DNA of 64,000 bases from Candidatus Omnitrophota bacterium (GCA_903944345.1 CAJARJ010000009.1:1875-65874); one strand, 5' to 3'. Positions 29,294 to 39,406 are shown, numbered from the stretch's first letter. Made by a program: numbers and translations. The notes: generated from the letters alone by a model not told the origin.

Positions 29294-30192
29294 CTTACCC
29301 TCTTTCGCCGCGCAGAAAAGAAACGAATAAGACTGTCTGTATAAGGCTTGTCGGTTGAAATATGAATATGATCCACCCCTGCCGCACTAAAAAGCTTCCT
29401 GCGGGCCTCAAGCCGCCGGACAGCTTTCAGCCGGTAATGCTCCCGCACCTGAGGCGCAGAAGTATCAACCATTACCCTGCGGCCATTCTCGGCGTCCTCA
29501 AACAAAACCATCCCGCAATCGGGCAGTTCAACCTCCAGCGGATCATTAAGACTGATCGCAATCATATCGTGCCGCCGTGAAGCCACGGTCAGAGAACGGG
29601 ACAACAGTTTCTCTGCATCCTTCTGACGGGTGTTCTCCAGGAAGTCCGAGAGTACAAAACAAACCGTACGGCGGGGATAAACCTTGCAAATAAAGTCCAT
29701 CGCCCCGGAAATATCAGTGCCCTTACCTCTGGGTTGATAAAAAAGAACTTCCCGGATAATGCGAAGAACATGCGCGCGGCCTTTTCGGGGAGGAATAAAC
29801 TTCTCAACCGTATCGGTAAAGATAAGCAATCCGGTTTTATCATTGTTACGTATCGCGGAAAATGCAATAACTGCGGCGATCTCGGCTGCAAGTTTGCTTT
29901 TTAAGTCACGAACCGTCGCGAAACGACAGGAAGCAGACACGTCGACCATAATCATTACGGTCAATTCTCTTTCTTCCACAAATTTCTTGACGTGGGCCAC
30001 TCCCGTCCGCGCGGTCACATTCCAGTCAATGGAACGGATATCGTCGCCAGGCTGGTACTCGCGGACTTCGTCGAATTCCATCCCCCGGCCTTTAAAAACG
30101 CTATGATACTGTCCGGCAAAAGTATCTGTTACCAGACGGCTGGTTGTTATTTCAATCCGGCGGATCCTGTCGAGAATCTCTTTAGGGATCAT
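29290..30192 (-). CDS. DUF58 (VWA-like) protein
   Basis: FKGRGMEFDEVREYQPGDDIRSIDWNVTAR and KFVEERELTV motifs. Confidence 0.93.
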   Translation of the reverse strand: MIPKEILDRIRRIEITTSRLVTDTFAGQYHSVFKGRGMEFDEVREYQPGDDIRSIDWNVTARTGVAHVKKFVEERELTVMIMVDVSASCRFATVRDLKSKLAAEIAAVIAFSAIRNNDKTGLLIFTDTVEKFIPPRKGRAHVLRIIREVLFYQPRGKGTDISGAMDFICKVYPRRTVCFVLSDFLENTRQKDAEKLLSRSLTVASRRHDMIAISLNDPLEVELPDCGMVLFEDAENGRRVMVDTSAPQVREHYRLKAVRRLEARRKLFSAAGVDHIHISTDKPYTDSLIRFFSARRKRVR

Positions 30193-30198
30193 TTTGCT

Positions 30199-31194
30199 TC
30201 AGGGAACCTGGACTTCATCGAGGATCCGACGAACCAGGTCCTCCGAAGTCTTGTTCTCTGCCTCCGCTTCGTAACTGGGGACGACACGATGGCGCAAGAC
30301 ATCCATTCCTATGGATTTGACGTCCTGCGGAGTAACATAACCGCGACCTCTTATAAAGGCATGCGCTTTGGCCGCAAGCGCCAGATTAATTGTCGCCCGC
30401 GGACTTGCTCCATATGAGATCAGAACACGTAAATCCGCCATCCCATACTTTTCCGGGGAACGAGTGGCATCAACAATATCCACAATATATTGCTGGATCT
30501 TTTCATCAATATAAATCTCATCCACCACATTGCGCACGCGCAAGATGTCCTGCGGGGTCACAATCCGGTTGACTTGAAGGTTGCGTCCGGTATATGCCAT
30601 CCGTTTGAGGATAAGAAGCTCATCCTCCTTGCCCGGATAATCAACCTTGACCTTAAGCATAAAGCGGTCAACCTGGGCCTCGGGCAAAGGATATGTTCCC
30701 TCCTGCTCAATCGGATTCTGCGTGGCCAGTACAAGAAAAGGCGACTCCAATTTGAGCGTCTCGTCCCCTATAGTCACCTGCCGCTCCTGCATGGCTTCCA
30801 GCAGGGCACTCTGAACCTTGGCCGGAGCACGATTAATTTCGTCGGCCAAAATAATATTGGCAAAAACAGGTCCTTTACGAACCGAGAAGCCTCCCGAGCG
30901 CTGGTCATAAACCAGCGTTCCTATCAGATCCGCGGGCAACATATCGGGCGTAAACTGAAGACGATGAAAACTTGTTTGCAAGGTATCAGAAAGAGTCTTG
31001 ACCGTGCGCGTCTTGGCCAGGCCCGGAACGCCTTCAACCAGAACATGACCATCCGCCAAAAGCCCGATCAAAAGCCTTTCAATCAGGTACTTCTGGCCCA
31101 CAATAACCTTGCCTATCTCCAGCATCAGGGTTTCTAAAAAAGCACTCTCTTTACGAACCAGCTCGTTGATTGCAGAAACACCTTGTTCAGACAT
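30199..31194 (-). CDS. moxR: MoxR-family AAA+ ATPase
   Basis: EGVPGLAKT, QFTPDMLPAD, LADEINRAPAKVQSALLEAMQE and ATQNPIEQEGTYPLPEAQVDRF. Confidence 0.96.
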   Translation of the reverse strand: MSEQGVSAINELVRKESAFLETLMLEIGKVIVGQKYLIERLLIGLLADGHVLVEGVPGLAKTRTVKTLSDTLQTSFHRLQFTPDMLPADLIGTLVYDQRSGGFSVRKGPVFANIILADEINRAPAKVQSALLEAMQERQVTIGDETLKLESPFLVLATQNPIEQEGTYPLPEAQVDRFMLKVKVDYPGKEDELLILKRMAYTGRNLQVNRIVTPQDILRVRNVVDEIYIDEKIQQYIVDIVDATRSPEKYGMADLRVLISYGASPRATINLALAAKAHAFIRGRGYVTPQDVKSIGMDVLRHRVVPSYEAEAENKTSEDLVRRILDEVQVP

Positions 31195-31261
31195 AACCCC
31201 CTCCTGTAAAAAGAAAACAATTTGTCCCGGTTTTTGCTCTGGGAAAGGAAAAAAGCACTCA

Positions 31262-32443
31262 TCAAAAAATATTTTGTTTGTAAATCACAATCAGGGCATC
31301 GACGGGATTGGGATGAAACCATGAACCTTTCAGGCGGACAATTTCTTCAACCGCAAAATCCCGCGATCTGCCTTTACGATAAGGCCGATCGGTGGTCATG
31401 GCATCAAAAGTGTCCGCTACCGCAATAATCGCGGCAATCATCGGAATAGCCTCGCCCTTGATCCCGTCTGGATACCCGCTGCCATCATAACGCTCATGAT
31501 GACTCCGGACACCCTGAATACAGCCATCAAATTCTTTGATCGGAGCAAGAATATCCGCTCCCCGGGTTACATGTGTTTTCATGATTTCAAATTCTTCAGG
31601 CGTCAAGTGGTCATTCTTCATCAGAATCGATTCGGGAATACCTATCTTACCGATATCGTGCAGAAGTCCGGCGATATACAAATTATCAAAAAACTTGGGC
31701 GGAGCTTCAAAGAGCCCCATGGCAACCATCTGACGCGCGATCACCAGGCTGTAACGTGTCACCCTTTCCGTATGGCCGTGAGTATAGGAATCCTTGGCCT
31801 CGATCGCACTGCCCAAAGCAATCGCTGTCTGAATAAACATATTCCGGCTGCGATCTACTTCATATTTCAAATTTTCAAAAAGCCTGGCATTCCGGATAGC
31901 CATGGCCACATCTGAAGCCAAGGCGGCAAAAAAGTCCAATTCCTCCTGCTCCATCCTGGCCGCGTCCTTTTTGGGACCCAGCAATAAAACAGCCAACAAC
32001 TCCCTGCGATAAAAAGCCGGAACGCAGGCAATAGAATTGAGCGTAACCATCTGGTCGCTCACCTGATGCAGGAGCTCCCGCATCCCACTAACACATTCGA
32101 TAACACTCTCTTGCCAGATCAGTCTGTTTAAATCCTCAGCCAGCAGAGCCCCGCGGCCTACAATAATCGAATGATACTCCCGCTGTAAAAAAATCCTGAT
32201 CAGCGGATGATCCTTACTAAAACTGACAAAATTCTCGGGTATTCGTTCGCCGTGACCACCACGAGAGACCGACAAAACATACGTGTCCGACGCCGGCTCG
32301 TAAACAATCATACCGGCGTGTGTCAAATGAACCTTGCGCACAAGCATCCGGATCAAAAGCCGGATCAACAACACATGATCATGAATCATGATCATCCCGC
32401 GACTGGCAGTCTCAAGTTCTTTCTTGTAGTCAATCTTGGTCAT
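31262..32443 (-). CDS. GAF-like + HD-GYP cyclic-dinucleotide phosphodiesterase
   Basis: KDSYTHGHTERV, LLHDIGKIG, HHERYDGSGYP and DAMTTDRPYR motifs. Confidence 0.92.
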   Translation of the reverse strand: MTKIDYKKELETASRGMIMIHDHVLLIRLLIRMLVRKVHLTHAGMIVYEPASDTYVLSVSRGGHGERIPENFVSFSKDHPLIRIFLQREYHSIIVGRGALLAEDLNRLIWQESVIECVSGMRELLHQVSDQMVTLNSIACVPAFYRRELLAVLLLGPKKDAARMEQEELDFFAALASDVAMAIRNARLFENLKYEVDRSRNMFIQTAIALGSAIEAKDSYTHGHTERVTRYSLVIARQMVAMGLFEAPPKFFDNLYIAGLLHDIGKIGIPESILMKNDHLTPEEFEIMKTHVTRGADILAPIKEFDGCIQGVRSHHERYDGSGYPDGIKGEAIPMIAAIIAVADTFDAMTTDRPYRKGRSRDFAVEEIVRLKGSWFHPNPVDALIVIYKQNIF

Positions 32444-32811
32444 ACTGTTCCACTATCCGCGATCTGGGCCAGCACGGTCTTCTCGAGTTCTTCCAGAGCT
32501 ACAGGTTTTCGAAGAAAAGCCGACACTCCCAAAACATTCAATTCTTTGGTGATTTCGTCATTATCGACTCCGGAAAGAATAATAACCGGAGTAAACAGAC
32601 GTCGCTGACGAATCTCCCTGAGAACCTCAACTCCACTAATATCCTTCATACGGATATCCAGAAGGATCAGATCAAAAACCTCGACCTTGAGAATCTCCAA
32701 AGCCTGGGCTCCACTCCCGACCGCAAACACGTCTATCCCTCGTTTACGAAAAAAAACGGAAGAAAAACCGCAAACATCAGGTTCATCATCAACAATCAGC
32801 AGTCTAGGCAT
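32440..32811 (-). CDS. Single-domain response regulator (CheY-like)
   Basis: LLIVDDE, LLDIRM, ILSG and LRKP; ATG at 32811. Confidence 0.9.
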   Translation of the reverse strand: MPRLLIVDDEPDVCGFSSVFFRKRGIDVFAVGSGAQALEILKVEVFDLILLDIRMKDISGVEVLREIRQRRLFTPVIILSGVDNDEITKELNVLGVSAFLRKPVALEELEKTVLAQIADSGTV

Positions 32812-32916
32812 ATATAAAGCTCTGGGGTGTGAAGCATGAGCCAAACGAGAGATACAACGTTTAATTATAAGAACAAGTGCACTGTACAAACAAGAAAAAA
32901 CTGAAAAAAGAAGTCG

Positions 32917-33840
32917 TTACGCAGATCCAGTTCCTGTCGCAGGGAGCAAAAGGACGACCTTCGTCCCCTCACCGAAAACAGATTGAATTTCAACACTCCC
33001 GTTATGATTCTCCTCAATTATCTTTCGAATCACACAAAGCCCCAGACCGGTACCTTTACCATCATCCTGCTTGGTTGTAAAAAAAGGAGTAAATAACGCC
33101 GACTGATGCTCCGGACTGATGCCGGCACCATTATCGCAAAAAGACAACTCAAGATTATCTCCGAGAAGTTCCCCTCTGACCCGAAGCTGAGGAATATACC
33201 CTGTCGAAAGACGGCTCTTTTCTTTTTGCAGCAAAGCCGCGAAAGCATTATCAATAATGTTGAAGAAAACTTCCTGCAACTGCGTAAAAAAACCGTTGAT
33301 TCTTATCGTTTCGCCACAAGGCCATTCGCGAACAATCCTGATTTTGCCAGCTGCATGTTTATACCCCGCCAACTCTATCGCCGCTGACAAAACTTCCGAA
33401 ACAGAACACAGTTCAGGAGAAGGCCCTTCCTCACGGACATAGCGCATTAATCCATGAACAGTATCTTTGCCATGAGCCACATGAAGTGCAAGCCGGGAAA
33501 GACCGGCGGACAATTGTTCGAAAAAAGCTTTCATCCCGGGCTGAATACACAGCTCACTTCGAGTAGAAAGAAGATCCTGCAAATCATCTGCCAACAACCC
33601 GATCACATGCAAACGGTTATTGATCTGATGGGTAAGCCCCCCGGCCATAATCCCGATCGAGGCAAGCTTCTCCAGCCTTAACAAATATCCAACCGGCTGA
33701 TCTGTCTTTTCAGAAACAGCCTCGAAAGAAAGAACGTATTGCAAAAAGAAACATCGCATTCTTTGCGTCAGCTCAAGCCTGAACCGCAAAAAAAATAAAA
33801 CGATCAAAAGCAAAACAATAGAAACAACGAGCAACGGCAA
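32917..33840 (-). CDS. Membrane-anchored histidine kinase with minimal sensor region
   Basis: One N-terminal TM helix, EKLASIGIMAGGLTHQINNRL, DNGAGI, FTPFFTTK and GTGLGL. Confidence 0.88.
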   Translation of the reverse strand: MPLLVVSIVLLLIVLFFLRFRLELTQRMRCFFLQYVLSFEAVSEKTDQPVGYLLRLEKLASIGIMAGGLTHQINNRLHVIGLLADDLQDLLSTRSELCIQPGMKAFFEQLSAGLSRLALHVAHGKDTVHGLMRYVREEGPSPELCSVSEVLSAAIELAGYKHAAGKIRIVREWPCGETIRINGFFTQLQEVFFNIIDNAFAALLQKEKSRLSTGYIPQLRVRGELLGDNLELSFCDNGAGISPEHQSALFTPFFTTKQDDGKGTGLGLCVIRKIIEENHNGSVEIQSVFGEGTKVVLLLPATGTGSA

Positions 33841-33922
33841 ACTCCTGTCCTATTTCCGAATTCATGACACCTGTCTTGAGCACTCTAACTTCTGCCCAGG
33901 GAACAGGGACAGGTTCGAAGAA

Positions 33923-35209
33923 TCAGAATTTGTAAGTCATTGTCATATACATCAGATTTGTCCACTGCTTGTAAGTTCCGTTATTGTCACCATTGTTGAC
34001 CGAATTATCGATATCGCGAGGCATATAATATATCCCCGACCAGGCCAGATCCAGAGTCAGGCTTTTGGACAAGTCATAGCCAAATCCAGTCGTCAATCCA
34101 TGACTCACGGCATCAGGAAGATTAGGTTCCCAGGTGTCATTCGGAACCGGACTCTGATGATGGTAATAACCGCCACGCACCCGAAAGCGTTCGCTGACAG
34201 AGTACTGCACACCAAAAGCTCCGGAAAAAACACTGATCCAGTCCCGGGAAACAGGATTCCCGGTATTCAGCAAAGCCAGGCGAGAAAGGTCTGTCTCTGT
34301 GGGATAGGCCAACTCTTCCTTGTTGACAAGCGACCAGTTCATCCACTCAATATCCAGATTGAACGTCCATTTTGAGTCCGGTTTGTAGCTATACCCGAGG
34401 ACGATGCTATCCGGAAGAGTCGACTTGGATATCACATCGGTCTGATAAGAATCCGGAATATTAAAAGCCGCGCCAAGCCCCGCCGCAACGCCTTCATCAA
34501 TATAAACTTTTCCTTTGTACTTATGTTCAATAGGACTGCGATACATCAACCCAAACTGATGACGATCATTCAGCTTATACAGACCCGCCACTCTGAAGCC
34601 TGCGGAAACGTCATCGCCTTTCAGTTTAAAATTGGCATCTGGACCACCCAAACCAAGATTAAGTTTTTTCTGCTTGTTAACCAGCGAATCATCAACATCC
34701 ACCCCCGCCGCCAATGACCAGTGATCATTAACCTCATAAGCAACCGTAAACATGTAATCCTTATTGCTGACTTCCGCGCGAGTTGTGCTGTATTTGGCAA
34801 AACTTTCCTGTGACCAATCGGTCACCAAACCCCAGGAAGATGTGACCCCAAGCCCGAACGCGAACTTTTCTGTTCCAAGATCCGTCACAAAATAACCATG
34901 CGGGATCATATGCGTATCGCGCTGCATCTTGGTCTTTATATCACCCTCATTACTTTCGTAACTACCTTTGGGCTGAATCAAGGAAAGCCCCAAAGACATG
35001 CTGCTGCCACCTAACTGAGTCATTCCGGCTGGATTGTAATAAACAGAAGAAGGATTGTTGGCCTCACCCGCAAAGGCTGACCCTTTGCCTACTGCCGCCG
35101 CATCGGGAACCTCCAGGCGGTAAGCTCCTGAACCAGCAGCAAATACGCTGGAAACAGTCAAAAAAGTCCAGCTGAAGAATAAAGAAAACTTTATAAATGA
35201 AAAAGACAT
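33923..35209 (-). CDS. FadL/OmpP1/TodX-family outer-membrane transporter
   Basis: Signal peptide, GSAFAGEANNPSSVYYNPAGMTQL hatch motif, LPDS, RGGY, C-terminal YKF. Confidence 0.9.
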   Translation of the reverse strand: MSFSFIKFSLFFSWTFLTVSSVFAAGSGAYRLEVPDAAAVGKGSAFAGEANNPSSVYYNPAGMTQLGGSSMSLGLSLIQPKGSYESNEGDIKTKMQRDTHMIPHGYFVTDLGTEKFAFGLGVTSSWGLVTDWSQESFAKYSTTRAEVSNKDYMFTVAYEVNDHWSLAAGVDVDDSLVNKQKKLNLGLGGPDANFKLKGDDVSAGFRVAGLYKLNDRHQFGLMYRSPIEHKYKGKVYIDEGVAAGLGAAFNIPDSYQTDVISKSTLPDSIVLGYSYKPDSKWTFNLDIEWMNWSLVNKEELAYPTETDLSRLALLNTGNPVSRDWISVFSGAFGVQYSVSERFRVRGGYYHHQSPVPNDTWEPNLPDAVSHGLTTGFGYDLSKSLTLDLAWSGIYYMPRDIDNSVNNGDNNGTYKQWTNLMYMTMTYKF

Positions 35210-35295
35210 ATGACCGCCCTCCTATATAGGTTCCACAAATCTGTGGTTATATATTAGGCTGTCCGGACAGGAAAAAGAATCTTTTTTCGATTTTT

Positions 35296-36225
35296 TTAAC
35301 TGGCAAATACAAGTGCATCAATATCCGCAGGCTGCTGAATATTTTGCACATTAATAGACGGATCAATCTTGCGTATCAAGCCTTTAAGCACTCTGCCTGG
35401 TCCAATCTCGACCATGTCTGAAATGCCCTGCGCTGCAATAAACCTGACAGTATCAACCCACTGGACAGAAGAACAAATTTGTTTGGGAAGATTGGCAAGA
35501 ATTTCGTTAACCGCCGTCTGCGGGCGCGCATTCACATTGGTGATAACCGGAATATCGGTGATACGAAAAGCCTCCGGTTTAAGAATCGCCGCAAACTTCT
35601 CGGCAGCGGGGCGCATAAGGGAAGAATGAAACGCTCCGCTCACCTCCAGCGGAATAACTTTTCGGCAGCCTTCGGCTGTTAACATTTCAACAGCCTTCGC
35701 GACTTTGAGGGCCTGTCCGGTTATGACAGTCTGATCCGGAGCATTGTAATTGGCCACCTCACAATCAGCTTCCAGACAGATTGCCTGCAAGCGATCATTA
35801 TCAAAACCGATCACCGCAGCCATCTTTCCCGGAGCAGCCTGGGCAGCCTCTTCCATGAAAGAAGAACGTTGACGTATAAGATCCAGTCCATCTTCAAAGG
35901 CAATAACACCAGCCGCACATAAGGCTCCGTATTCTCCCAGACTCAAGCCGGCGGCATAACGCACCCTAACTCCCGAACACTTGAGCGAAGACCGGAAAGC
36001 TTCAAACGCCGCTATACTCACAGTAAAAATCGCCGGCTGACAAAAAGCCGTCGACATCAGCTTTTCTTCTGGCCCGTTAAAAATAACATCCGTCAAATCA
36101 AACCCGAGACGTGTGTTAGCCCGTTCAAAAATCGCTCTCGCGGCAGAAGACTGCTCAAACAACTCTTTTCCCATCCCTGTTTTCTGCGCACCCTGTCCGG
36201 GAAAGATCAAAGCAATGTCTTTCAT
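35296..36225 (-). CDS. fabD: Malonyl-CoA:ACP transacylase
   Basis: IFPGQGAQ, QPAI, GLSLGEY, VSGAFHSSLM and EIGPGRVL motifs. Confidence 0.96.
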   Translation of the reverse strand: MKDIALIFPGQGAQKTGMGKELFEQSSAARAIFERANTRLGFDLTDVIFNGPEEKLMSTAFCQPAIFTVSIAAFEAFRSSLKCSGVRVRYAAGLSLGEYGALCAAGVIAFEDGLDLIRQRSSFMEEAAQAAPGKMAAVIGFDNDRLQAICLEADCEVANYNAPDQTVITGQALKVAKAVEMLTAEGCRKVIPLEVSGAFHSSLMRPAAEKFAAILKPEAFRITDIPVITNVNARPQTAVNEILANLPKQICSSVQWVDTVRFIAAQGISDMVEIGPGRVLKGLIRKIDPSINVQNIQQPADIDALVFAS

Positions 36226-36227
36226 TT

Positions 36228-37211
36228 TCAATAACTCCATTCGACAATATTAGCGGCAGCAACCAATCCTGCACCAAAAACAACCAGGGCAACCTTGTCC
36301 CCTTTTTTTATCCGGCCGGACTCAACAGCCTCACACAGAGCGACTACAACCGAAGCCGCCGAAATATTCCCATATTTATGAATATTGACAAAAAACTTCT
36401 CTTTATCGATGCCAGCTCTTTTAGCAACACTTGCAATGATACGATCATTAGCTTGATGTGGAACAACACAGGAAATCAGATCAAGTGACACTCCGGCCTT
36501 CCTGGCGGCACAGGCCACAGCATCAGCCATGCCCGGGACAGCTTTCTTGAACAAATCCTGCCCGTTCATAACGACATAAGGCAGATTCCCGCTTGCGACC
36601 TTCGGATCAGACGGAAGTCGAATATTACCTGGCTCGACTCCCATCAATTCGGCATTCGACCCGTCAGAAATCATGTAATCTGAAAGAATTCCGCCCGAGC
36701 TGACGGGCCCAAGAACCGCGGCACCGGCCCCGTCACCAAAAAGCACACAGGTATTGCGATCCTTCCAGTCAATAATCGTAGAAAACCGATCCGCCGCAAT
36801 GACCAGTGCGTTCTTGACCATTCCTGAAGCAATAAAATGCTTGGCTGTGGTCAGCGCATAAAGGAACCCTGAACAGGCCGCGCTCACATCGAAAGCAAAA
36901 GCTTTCTCTGCACCAATCGCTTTCTGAACAAGACAGGCAACTGAAGGAAACGCGCTATCCGGGGTAACAGTAGCTACGATGATGGCTTCAATATTTTCTG
37001 CTAAAACCGGAGACGACCTTAGTGCATCGCGTGCCGCCATAATCGCCAGATCACTTGTCTTTTCGTTGAGATCCGCAATACGGCGTTCTTTGATGCCGGT
37101 GCGTGTAGTTATCCAATCATCGGAAGTCTCAACAATCTTTTCCAGATCGGAGTTGGTCAATACTTGCGAAGGAAGATAACGACCCAGAGCCAGAATGCCG
37201 ATCTTGTTCAT
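36228..37211 (-). CDS. fabH: 3-oxoacyl-ACP synthase III
   Basis: RTGIKERR, DVSAACSGF, LFGDGAGA, PHQAN and YGNISAAS motifs. Confidence 0.96.
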   Translation of the reverse strand: MNKIGILALGRYLPSQVLTNSDLEKIVETSDDWITTRTGIKERRIADLNEKTSDLAIMAARDALRSSPVLAENIEAIIVATVTPDSAFPSVACLVQKAIGAEKAFAFDVSAACSGFLYALTTAKHFIASGMVKNALVIAADRFSTIIDWKDRNTCVLFGDGAGAAVLGPVSSGGILSDYMISDGSNAELMGVEPGNIRLPSDPKVASGNLPYVVMNGQDLFKKAVPGMADAVACAARKAGVSLDLISCVVPHQANDRIIASVAKRAGIDKEKFFVNIHKYGNISAASVVVALCEAVESGRIKKGDKVALVVFGAGLVAAANIVEWSY

Positions 37212-37239
37212 AACCATCCCAGTATTAGAAAAGCGGATC

Positions 37240-38226
37240 TCAGGCGATGACTGCCGCTTTAAGTTTATCAATAATATTATGCTCGACTTCACGCATAGCC
37301 GCACGAATCGCATTCTTGATGGCTTTTGGGGAGGAACGACCGTGACTGATCATAACTATCCCGTTGACCCCCAGTAAAGGAGCCCCGCCATATTCAGAAT
37401 AATCGACATGCTTTTTAACTTTTCTAAGAGCCCCCTTGAGAAAAAGCGTCCCGAACATGGCGAAAGGATCTTTGAAGATTTCGCGTTTGAGCACCTGGCC
37501 AGCGGCTTCCATAAGACCTTCGGAAGTCTTGATAATGACATTTCCTACAAAACCCGTGCAAACAATACAATCCGCCTTGTTGGCAAACATTTCATTAGGC
37601 TCAACATTGCCTATGAAACGGGGCATTTTTTCCTGCAAAATTTGATAAGTCTGCTTTTCAAATACAGACCCCTTGCCCTCCTCTTCGCCAATATTGACCA
37701 AACCGACAGAAGGCTCCGGCCTGGCCATAACGGTCTGGGCATAAACACTGGCCATCTGGGCATACTGATACAAATGCTCCGGCTTGGGTTCGGTATTAGC
37801 TCCGACATCGACCAGAAAAGAAAAACCGTTAACCTGAGGAATGACCAGACCAATCCCGGGGCGGTCGACCCCTTCGATCATGCGCAAATAAAATGTCGCC
37901 GCAGCCACACAGGCTCCGGTATTCCCAGCGGAAATAAAAGCATCATAGCCAGGGCGTTTGAGCAGATTAATTCCAACCGTAATCGAGCAGTCTTTCTTCT
38001 TGCGAATAACTTCCGTCGGCTGATCCTCCATACCAACAACTTCGGAGGCATGAACGATCTCCATCTGCTCTTTAGGATAAGAATAACGGGCAAGCTGCTC
38101 TTTGATACGCGACTCGATCCCGACCAAGGTAACGGTAACCGGGAATTCCTTGACCGCATCTACTACGCCGGCAATAACATTCTCCGGCGCATAATCTCCA
38201 CCCATCGCATCAACGACTATCTTCAA
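37240..38226 (-). CDS. plsX: Phosphate:acyl-ACP acyltransferase
   Basis: IVVDAMGGDYAP, SAGNTGA, DVGAN, NIGEEEGKG and YGGAPLLG motifs. Confidence 0.96.
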   Translation of the reverse strand: MKIVVDAMGGDYAPENVIAGVVDAVKEFPVTVTLVGIESRIKEQLARYSYPKEQMEIVHASEVVGMEDQPTEVIRKKKDCSITVGINLLKRPGYDAFISAGNTGACVAAATFYLRMIEGVDRPGIGLVIPQVNGFSFLVDVGANTEPKPEHLYQYAQMASVYAQTVMARPEPSVGLVNIGEEEGKGSVFEKQTYQILQEKMPRFIGNVEPNEMFANKADCIVCTGFVGNVIIKTSEGLMEAAGQVLKREIFKDPFAMFGTLFLKGALRKVKKHVDYSEYGGAPLLGVNGIVMISHGRSSPKAIKNAIRAAMREVEHNIIDKLKAAVIA

Positions 38227-38292
38227 TGTCTGCCGCCTTCCGCAATACTGCTATCGTATCAAACCAGCCTGGATATTGAGATGCCGGACGAG

Positions 38293-38490
38293 TTACTTGG
38301 CCTTGGGAGCCTTGGTCTTGATCTCGATGACCTGGCGACCTTTATAGCATCCGGTAACAGGACATATGCTGTGCAAATATCCGGCTTTAGAAACGACTGC
38401 GCTTTCAGCAGAAGAGCTTACCTCAAGCTTCTGATGAGTGCGACGGCGGCGTGAGCGCCCTTTGGAATGCTGACGTTTTGGATTCGGCAT
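38293..38490 (-). CDS. rpmF: 50S ribosomal protein L32
   Basis: MPNPKRQHSKGRSRRRRTH...YKGRQV; yceD-rpmF-plsX synteny. Confidence 0.93.
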   Translation of the reverse strand: MPNPKRQHSKGRSRRRRTHQKLEVSSSAESAVVSKAGYLHSICPVTGCYKGRQVIEIKTKAPKAK

Positions 38491-38507
38491 GTGATCTGTA
38501 CTCCTCT

Positions 38508-38927
38508 TTAACTATTTTTGTTTTTGCACTGACATTTATCTTTATTCAAATCGGCCCCACAACCACAACAGAGGCCAAGACAATCTTCTTTACAAAGAAT
38601 CCTGGAACTATAACCCAATACAATTTCTTCACAGATCCTCTGTCCGAGATCAATAAATTCATCTCCCGGAGAGGGTTCAAAATCAAACTGATATTTCATC
38701 ACAAAACGCTGCCTGAGAGGTGCCAAGCAACGGGCGCATTCGTTTTGCGAACAGGCTGTCAGCTCTACATTCGCCAGAATAATCTCGCCGGCACGATCAA
38801 TAATGGCAGTAACAATAACCGGCTCTGTCGAAATCAGAAAACCTTCTTCTACCCCTATCTCATGCGGTAAGACTGATTGCTCTAACGTCAAACCAGAGCT
38901 GCCGATATCCCGAATGCGTACCTTCAT
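38508..38927 (-). CDS. yceD: YceD/DUF177 family protein
   Basis: CARCL and LCKEDCLGLCCGCGADLN motifs; upstream of rpmF. Confidence 0.9.
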   Translation of the reverse strand: MKVRIRDIGSSGLTLEQSVLPHEIGVEEGFLISTEPVIVTAIIDRAGEIILANVELTACSQNECARCLAPLRQRFVMKYQFDFEPSPGDEFIDLGQRICEEIVLGYSSRILCKEDCLGLCCGCGADLNKDKCQCKNKNS

Positions 38928-39406
38928 TTCTGCAAACGCTCCAACAGGCGCTTTTCAACGCAAGGAGGAACGAAAGATGAAAGATCTCCCCCCAATCGAG
39001 CAATTTCCTTGATCAGGGTTGAAGATAAAAAAGAATATTTTTCCGATGGCATCAAGAATACCGTTTCAACCGATTCGGCCATTCTGCGATTCGTCAAAGC
39101 CATCTGAAACTCATACTCAAAATCCGAAGTCATTCTCAGACCGCGGATCAGAACATTCGTGCCCTTCTTTTGAGCAAAATCGGTGACCAGCCCCTTGAAA
39201 GCATCGACCTCAACGCCATTAATACCATCCGTGGCCTCACGCAACATTAAGACCCTCTCTTCAAAAGAGAAAAGGGATGTTTTGTTCGAATTCTCGGCCA
39301 GAGCAACAATCACCCGGCTGTAAATACGCACAGCTCGACTGATAACGTCCAAATGACCATAGGTCAAAGGATCAAAGCTCCCGGGATAAATCGCCAGAGT
39401 TGTCAT
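38924..39406 (-). CDS. coaD: Phosphopantetheine adenylyltransferase
   Basis: AIYPGSFDPLTYGHLD, IRGLR..SDFEYE and LSSTLIKE motifs. Confidence 0.97.
   Translation of the reverse strand: MTTLAIYPGSFDPLTYGHLDVISRAVRIYSRVIVALAENSNKTSLFSFEERVLMLREATDGINGVEVDAFKGLVTDFAQKKGTNVLIRGLRMTSDFEYEFQMALTNRRMAESVETVFLMPSEKYSFLSSTLIKEIARLGGDLSSFVPPCVEKRLLERLQK

Noticed and set aside
37408-38454. 348-aa plus-strand ORF
   Set aside because: Antisense to plsX and rpmF with no motifs; the same applies to long antisense ORFs at 13426, 20585, 30490, 54574, 60424 and 62314.
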